64,000 nucleotides of DNA, from assembly GCA_902621165.1 (NCBI GenBank), contig CACNKX010000006.1, forward strand, positions 4,852 to 68,851, in the 5' to 3' direction. This stretch comes from an uncultured Alphaproteobacteria bacterium (GTDB lineage: Bacteria; Pseudomonadota; Alphaproteobacteria; HIMB59; GCA-002718135). The translations under genes were made by a program, and so were the position numbers. The notes below the pieces were generated by a model, which saw nothing but the letters and a program-made list of their open reading frames with translations, was not told the origin of the DNA and ran no database searches. Shown here piece by piece: positions 58,796 to 64,000 of this stretch (position 1 is its first letter; each line of letters begins with the position of its first letter).

Positions 58796-59128
58796 ATGGA
58801 TCTTTACAGTAGTAGTGAAATAACAGTTCATCAGTTAAATGAACTTAAGCAAGATGACAAAAAAATTCAAATTATAGATGTAAGAGAGGATACTGAAAGA
58901 GATCATGCCCATATTAAAGGTACAATACACATGAAACTTTCAGAAATTGCTAAAAGATACACTGAATTAGACAAGAAAAAAAATATTTTTGTAATGTGTC
59001 ATACCGGTACAAGAAGCCAAGCTGTATGTAAATGGCTTAAAGCACAAGGTTATAATCATTGTGTAAATGTACTTGGCGGAATAGATGCATGGGCGGCATT
59101 AATTGATAGAAATATAAGAAGATATTAA
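58796..59128 (+). CDS. Single-domain rhodanese (sulfurtransferase)
   Basis: IIDVRE and the active-site loop CHTGTRS. Confidence 0.85.
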   Translation: MDLYSSSEITVHQLNELKQDDKKIQIIDVREDTERDHAHIKGTIHMKLSEIAKRYTELDKKKNIFVMCHTGTRSQAVCKWLKAQGYNHCVNVLGGIDAWAALIDRNIRRY

Positions 59129-59313
59129 GAAATACTTTCTAAGTACAAACCAAGAAAAATAATTATTACACTAATTAAAAATAGTATTATCCTGAACAGT
59201 ATTTCAATAAAAAGATTAAATCTTATTCGCTTTTTTATAATTAGTTTATATAGAGGATTACTAATTGATAGAGAAATTAAAAGTATTCCAATAATAATAA
59301 CAAACCAATGCAT
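59125..59313 (-). CDS. Hypothetical small membrane protein (62 aa, 2 TM helices)
   Basis: Hydrophobic ORF wedged between the rhodanese and nitroreductase genes, overlapping both by a few nt. Confidence 0.35.
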   Translation of the reverse strand: MHWFVIIIGILLISLSISNPLYKLIIKKRIRFNLFIEILFRIILFLISVIIIFLGLYLESIS

Positions 59314-59985
59314 AAAGTTAAAAAATACATAGCTGAAGATTTAAAATTTTCAAATCAAACTATCAAAGAAATGAAGATTAATTCAAAAAATTTTTATAAT
59401 AATATTAAAGAGAGAAGAAGCATTCGTGAATTTTCAAAAGATAAAATCGATATAAATGTTATAAAAAATGCAATCTTATCTGCAGGATCAGCTCCAAGTG
59501 GGGCAAATCTTCAACCTTGGCATTTTGTGGTAATAAAAAATAAAACCGTAAAAAAGAAAATTAGAATAGAAGCAGAAAAAGAAGAAGAAAATTTTTATAA
59601 GTATAAAGCTCCTCAAGAGTGGCTGGATGCTTTATCTCCTTTAGGAACTGATGAAAATAAAAAATTTATTGAAAATGCACCATATTTAATAGCTATATTT
59701 GAAAAAAAATTTTCAATTTCAAAAAATAAAAAAATAAAAAATTATTATGTAAAAGAGTCTGTCGGTATAGCTACTGGCATACTAATTACTTGTTTACATT
59801 TTTCTGGCTTAGCAATGTTAACACACACACCAAGTCCAATGACATTTCTTAATAAAATTTTAAAGAGGCCTAGCAATGAAAAACCATTTGTTTTACTTAT
59901 TGTTGGAAGACCAGATAAAGATGTAAAAATTCCAAAGTTTGCAAAACAAAAGAAAAAGTTTGAGGAAATTACTTCAATTTTTTAA
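59308..59985 (+). CDS. Nitroreductase-family flavoprotein (iodotyrosine-deiodinase/BluB-like subgroup possible)
   Basis: RRSIREF, APSGANLQPW and a C-terminal pattern of the nitroreductase fold. Confidence 0.8.
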   Translation: MHKVKKYIAEDLKFSNQTIKEMKINSKNFYNNIKERRSIREFSKDKIDINVIKNAILSAGSAPSGANLQPWHFVVIKNKTVKKKIRIEAEKEEENFYKYKAPQEWLDALSPLGTDENKKFIENAPYLIAIFEKKFSISKNKKIKNYYVKESVGIATGILITCLHFSGLAMLTHTPSPMTFLNKILKRPSNEKPFVLLIVGRPDKDVKIPKFAKQKKKFEEITSIF

Positions 59986-60485
59986 CCAAGTTCTTCTGGT
60001 TTCATAGTTTCATAAACCTCATAAGGCATATGTATCCAAGGAGAATCTTCTAAATAATCAACATAATAATTTGGTTTAAACGAAGATACTGACTTATAAA
60101 ATAAAACTCCAGTTCTTATTGGTTCATCTATATAAAAACCATAAGTATGATTTAACCAATCAATACTTTTTTTAAGAGTAATTCCTGAATCTGCTAAATC
60201 ATCTACTATTAAAACTTTTGATCCAATGTTAGGGCTTGTTTTTGCTAAATCTCTTGAAAATGTGATTGCGCCTCTTTTATTTTTTACTCCCTCACCTTTA
60301 TATGATTCAACAGAAAGAATTGCTAAAGGAACATCAAATATTCTTGCCATTACATCCCCTACTCTCATACCTCCTTTTGCGATGCATACAACCTGATTAA
60401 ATTGCCATCCATCCTTATGAATTTGTTTTGCTAAATCTTCTGTTTTACTTCTATATTCGTCCCAACTAATGTGTAAATCAGACAT
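59982..60485 (-). CDS. Purine phosphoribosyltransferase (Gpt-like xanthine/guanine/hypoxanthine PRTase)
   Basis: PRPP-binding motif VLIVDDLADSGITL and Gpt-like N-terminus (ISWDEY.., IAKGGM). Confidence 0.8.
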   Translation of the reverse strand: MSDLHISWDEYRSKTEDLAKQIHKDGWQFNQVVCIAKGGMRVGDVMARIFDVPLAILSVESYKGEGVKNKRGAITFSRDLAKTSPNIGSKVLIVDDLADSGITLKKSIDWLNHTYGFYIDEPIRTGVLFYKSVSSFKPNYYVDYLEDSPWIHMPYEVYETMKPEELG

Positions 60486-60513
60486 AAATCTTCCTTTGAA
60501 ATTAAGAATTAAA

Positions 60514-60536
60514 CCTCTCCCTTTAAAAGAGAGAGG
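60514..60536 (-). terminator. Putative Rho-independent terminator after the BMP binding-protein gene
   Basis: On the minus-strand RNA: CCUCUC..(2 more bp after a 1x1 mismatch)..GAGAGG, followed by UUUAAUUCUUAAUUU. This is the only GC-containing hairpin I saw in an intergenic spacer. Confidence 0.35.
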
Positions 60537-60552
60537 GTTATAAGAATTTTAA

Positions 60553-61620
60553 TTATTGTGGTACTTCGCCGTCAATACCTTGAACATAAAAGTTCATTCC
60601 AAGTAACATTCCATCAGGCGCTACTTCACCTTCAGGAACCACAAGCTCACCAGCTTGATTGTAAATTGGACCCGTGAAAGGATGGATTGTTCCATCTTTA
60701 ATTCCAACTTCCATATTTACTGCTTCTTGAATTAAACTTGCTGGCATAAGTTTAGTATTATATGGTGACATTACAACCATACCTTTATCCATACCATCCC
60801 AAGTATCACCAGAAGACCAAGTGCCGTCTACAACAGCTTTTGCTCTTTCAGCATAGTAAGGGCCCCAAATATCTTCAATTGAAGTTAAATGTGCATCAGG
60901 ACAAAATTCTTCTTGGTTTGAAGCTTGACCAAATGCATAAACGCCCGCTTTTTGAGCAGCTTGGCAAGGAGCATATGTATCTGTATGCTGAACAATTATG
61001 TCAGCTCCTTGATTAATTAATGTATTAGCTGCATCAGCTTCTTTACCTGGATCGTACCAAGTAAATACCCAAATAATTTTCATTTTGATATCTGGATTTA
61101 CTTTTGAAGCCGCTAAATAAAATGCATTTATTCCTCTTACAACTTCAGGAATAGGGAATGAAGCTATATAACCAATAGTATTAGTTTCAGTCATATGGCC
61201 AGCAATATGCCCTTCAATCATTCTACCTTCGTAAAATCTAGCAGAATACGTAGCAACGTTATCTGCTTGTATGTACCCAGTAGCATGTTCAAATTTTATA
61301 TCAGGAAAATCCTTAGCTACTTCATGTGTTTGATCCATATAGTTGAAAGACGTTGTAAATATTAAATCATGTCCTGAGTCTGCTAGTTTTCGGATTGCTC
61401 TCACAGCATCTGCGTTTTCAGGAATATTTTCAAGATAAGTAGTAGTAATAGAATCACCAAGTTGGCTCTCCATATATTTTCTACCTACATCATGCATATA
61501 TGTCCAACCATGATCACCTGGAGGACCTATGTATATAAATCCAACTTTTTTAGGGTCTGCATATGCCGAACCAAATGCAAATACCAAAAAAGTAGATAAA
61601 AAAGTTATTATTCTAATCAT
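60553..61620 (-). CDS. BMP-family (PnrA/Med-like) ABC transporter substrate-binding protein, purine nucleoside type
   Basis: Signal peptide, VGFIYIGP..DHGW, and a BMP-like pattern throughout. Confidence 0.88.
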   Translation of the reverse strand: MIRIITFLSTFLVFAFGSAYADPKKVGFIYIGPPGDHGWTYMHDVGRKYMESQLGDSITTTYLENIPENADAVRAIRKLADSGHDLIFTTSFNYMDQTHEVAKDFPDIKFEHATGYIQADNVATYSARFYEGRMIEGHIAGHMTETNTIGYIASFPIPEVVRGINAFYLAASKVNPDIKMKIIWVFTWYDPGKEADAANTLINQGADIIVQHTDTYAPCQAAQKAGVYAFGQASNQEEFCPDAHLTSIEDIWGPYYAERAKAVVDGTWSSGDTWDGMDKGMVVMSPYNTKLMPASLIQEAVNMEVGIKDGTIHPFTGPIYNQAGELVVPEGEVAPDGMLLGMNFYVQGIDGEVPQ

Positions 61621-61726
61621 TTTAACCTCACCTGCTAATATAACGATTACTCAAATATATACTTAATATATACAAATAGGTTTGATCAATAAATCTATAT
61701 GATTATAGAAAAAAAGAAGTGGATAT

Positions 61727-62596
61727 TTATCTGCCTTTATAAAAAGGGATAGTTAATGAAGCTGGTGCGCTAAGTTTTATTCTTAATTTATTACTAGAAA
61801 TTAATACTAAAACTATAATAGTTGCAACATATGGCGCCATACTGAAAAATTGACCAGGAAATCTTAAACCTAAAGCCTGAAGATTCATTTGAAGAATAGT
61901 AACACCTCCAAATATATAAGCTCCAATAAGCACTCTTTCTGGTTTCCAAGTTGCAAATACAACTAAAGCTAACGCTATCCATCCACGTCCAGCTGTCATA
62001 CCTTCTTGCCACATTGGAGCATAACAAATTGAAATATATGATCCTGCAAGAGCACACATAGAACCTCCAAACAAAATTGATAAAAATCTAATTTTAATAA
62101 CGCTATATCCTAAAGCATGTGCAGAATTATGAGATTCCCCTACTGCTCTTAAAATCAAACCAGCTTTAGTTTTATAAAAAAAATAACTAACCAAAAAAAC
62201 AATTAAGAAAGAAAATATAACAAAAAACCATGGTGACAAACCATCAATTGGTGTTCCAATATATTGTTTGCCAAGCATCGAACTAAGACCTATTCCAAAA
62301 ATAGTTAATGCTAATCCCGTAGCAATTTGATTTGACATTAAAAATAGAACTAGAAAAGCAAATAAACCAGACATAATAATTCCAGATAATATAGATACGA
62401 AAAAAGCTAAAAAATAACTTCCAGTAATTACTAAGATAATAAAAGCGGATACTGCTCCTACCAACATCATTCCTTCTACACCTAAATTTAATACTCCAGA
62501 TTTTTCTGTAACTAACTCACCTATACCAGCAAAAACAAGAGGTGTTGTTGCAATTAAAACAATTTGTAATATTCCAAGTATTAAATCTAAATTCAT
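61727..62596 (-). CDS. ABC transporter permease (nucleoside/sugar, YufQ-like)
   Basis: 289 aa polytopic protein. GELVTEKSGVLNLGVEGMM is typical of the BPD_transp_2 family. Confidence 0.88.
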   Translation of the reverse strand: MNLDLILGILQIVLIATTPLVFAGIGELVTEKSGVLNLGVEGMMLVGAVSAFIILVITGSYFLAFFVSILSGIIMSGLFAFLVLFLMSNQIATGLALTIFGIGLSSMLGKQYIGTPIDGLSPWFFVIFSFLIVFLVSYFFYKTKAGLILRAVGESHNSAHALGYSVIKIRFLSILFGGSMCALAGSYISICYAPMWQEGMTAGRGWIALALVVFATWKPERVLIGAYIFGGVTILQMNLQALGLRFPGQFFSMAPYVATIIVLVLISSNKLRIKLSAPASLTIPFYKGR

Positions 62597-63666
62597 AATA
62601 ATTTTTTGTAAGTTAATTTATAGTTAATTAGTAATTCTGCACCTAATAAATAAAATAAAACCAAACCCTGAAATATAAAACCTACTGCTGAAGGTATTTG
62701 TAAAAACAATTGTGCGTCTTCAGCGCCAAGATAAGTAAGAGCGATAACTAAAGAAGCAAAAATAATACCTATTGGGTGAAGTCTACCTAAGAAAGCTACA
62801 ATAATTGCAGTAAATCCATAATTTGGAGAAATATCTCTGTATAATAATCCAATTGGACCAGATACTTCGGATAACCCTGCAATACCTGCAAAAGCACCAC
62901 AAATTGCAAAAGCAAAAAAAACTAAAGTTGTTTGATTAAAACCAGCATATCTTGCAGCTTTGGGGCTGTAACCAGATACTTTTAATTGGAATCCAAAAAT
63001 AGTTTTTGAAAATATAAACCAAGATACAAAAATTAAAAATAGCGTTATAATTAACCCAAAGTGCACCCTTAAACCATCAAATAATAGCGGCATTCTTCCG
63101 GATTCACTAAATGGTCTTGATTTAGGAAAACTATAACCAAATGGATCTTTCCAAGGTCCCACTACTAAATAATCTAAAATAAATAAAGCGACATAAACTA
63201 ACATTAAACTTGTTAAAATTTCATTTGTATTAAATTTTGTTTTTAAAATAGCTGGTACTAAACCCCACAATGCTCCTCCAATTGCTCCAGCAAAAATCAT
63301 TAATGGCAATAACCAAAAAGCATTTGTATCATGAAATAATATTCCGATACCTCCACCAAAAATTGCTCCCATTGTGAGTTGTCCTTCAGCTCCAATATTA
63401 TAAATATTATTCTTAAAACAATATGAAAGACCAATTGCAATTAAGGCTAATGGAGTCGCTTTTACAAACAATTCAGAAATACCGTAGGTTGAAGAAATAG
63501 GTGAAATAAAAAACGTATACAATGCATAAACTGGATCAAAACCAAGAAGAATAAAAATAATTGAACCTGTAATTAAGGTTAAAACAATAGAAATTATGGG
63601 AACAAAAAAATTCATTAGACCCGAACTCTGTGAGCGAGAAACTATAGAGGGAAATAAACTATTCAT
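62593..63666 (-). CDS. ABC transporter permease (nucleoside/sugar, YufP-like)
   Basis: 357 aa polytopic protein with NIGAEGQLTMGA. 4-nt overlap with the next permease. Confidence 0.88.
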   Translation of the reverse strand: MNSLFPSIVSRSQSSGLMNFFVPIISIVLTLITGSIIFILLGFDPVYALYTFFISPISSTYGISELFVKATPLALIAIGLSYCFKNNIYNIGAEGQLTMGAIFGGGIGILFHDTNAFWLLPLMIFAGAIGGALWGLVPAILKTKFNTNEILTSLMLVYVALFILDYLVVGPWKDPFGYSFPKSRPFSESGRMPLLFDGLRVHFGLIITLFLIFVSWFIFSKTIFGFQLKVSGYSPKAARYAGFNQTTLVFFAFAICGAFAGIAGLSEVSGPIGLLYRDISPNYGFTAIIVAFLGRLHPIGIIFASLVIALTYLGAEDAQLFLQIPSAVGFIFQGLVLFYLLGAELLINYKLTYKKLL

Positions 63667-64000
63667 TTTTTCCCCCCATCAATAATCCTAATTTTTCTAT
63701 TTCTACTTCACTAGTTCTAAAAGGTTTCGATAATTTTCCATCATAAATAACAGATATTTTATGAGTAATCTCAATCAATTCATCTAAATCTTGAGAAATA
63801 ACAATAATAGATGTTCCATTTTGAGATAATTCTATCAAAGACTCTCTTATAGAATGCTCTGCACCAGCATCTATCCCCCAAGTTGGATGTGAAATAATTA
63901 ATATTTTTGGCTTAGATGATATTTCTCTACCAATGACGTATTTTTGTAAATTTCCTCCAGATAAACTTGATGCTTTTGCGTCATTACCAGGAGTAATAAC
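63659..64000 (-). CDS. ABC transporter ATP-binding protein, C-terminal part only (N-terminus beyond window)
   Basis: Not in the track. My translation is ..LSGGNLQKYVIGREISSKPKILIISHPTWGIDAGAEHSIRESLIELSQNGTSIIVISQDLDEL..MGGKNE*: signature and Walker B of the second NBD. It overlaps the permease start by 8 nt. Confidence 0.9.
   Translation of the reverse strand, partial: VITPGNDAKASSLSGGNLQKYVIGREISSKPKILIISHPTWGIDAGAEHSIRESLIELSQNGTSIIVISQDLDELIEITHKISVIYDGKLSKPFRTSEVEIEKLGLLMGGKNE

Noticed and set aside
63666-63677. GGGGGGAAAAAA tract (G_GGA_AAA heptamer in the ATPase frame) at the ATPase/permease junction, considered as a programmed -1 frameshift or phase-variation site.
   Set aside because: A -1 shift meets TGA almost immediately, and the zero frame stops three codons later. 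No meaningfully different product would result, so the tract is probably just the overlap of a stop region with the next gene's ribosome-binding site and ATG.

Overview
Very AT-rich, extremely gene-dense window: most junctions are 0-20 nt or overlap, and about 90% is coding. Gene content and order are alphaproteobacterial (sdhE-mfd divergent from recG, ssb divergent from uvrA, yajC-secD-secF). This fits a streamlined marine alphaproteobacterium, most likely Pelagibacterales/SAR11-like; that is an inference from composition and synteny, with no database search run. I found no rRNA, CRISPR, transposase, integrase or prophage genes.

Contents, in order:
- Cell-wall remodelling trio: DD-carboxypeptidase (partial, missing from the ORF track), rlpA, and a lytic transglycosylase.
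- tRNA-Ser(UGA), followed by an islet of orphan secreted and membrane ORFs.
- Housekeeping block: mfd, recG, tRNA-Lys(UUU), coaD, gyrA, ssb, uvrA, sodB, secDF, yajC.
- Transporters and an aminotransferase.
- A tightly packed orphan cluster at about 29.3-35.8 kb. It holds a GTP cyclohydrolase II homologue, a RibD reductase-only protein, a SAM methyltransferase, a GT4 glycosyltransferase, a 6-pyruvoyl-tetrahydropterin synthase (PTPS)/T-fold homologue lacking its catalytic residues, an MDR dehydrogenase, a creatininase-fold hydrolase and a histidine phosphatase.
- mcl plus a malate-CoA-ligase-like pair.
- A 1009-aa kinase / M23 / phospho-lyase fusion protein.
- Pseudouridine and nucleoside catabolism genes.
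- htpG.
- A TrpB2-DUF1015-SerC-SerA(short) operon.
- A purine/nucleoside salvage ABC transporter, whose ATPase is partial at the window edge.

The 29.3-35.8 kb cluster is my best candidate for an undescribed system: a pathway to a tailored GTP-derived pyrimidine- or pteridine-like metabolite. The O-phosphoserine-centred TrpB2/DUF1015/SerC/SerA module is second. All functional calls come from motif reading of the translations and need HMM/BLAST confirmation.
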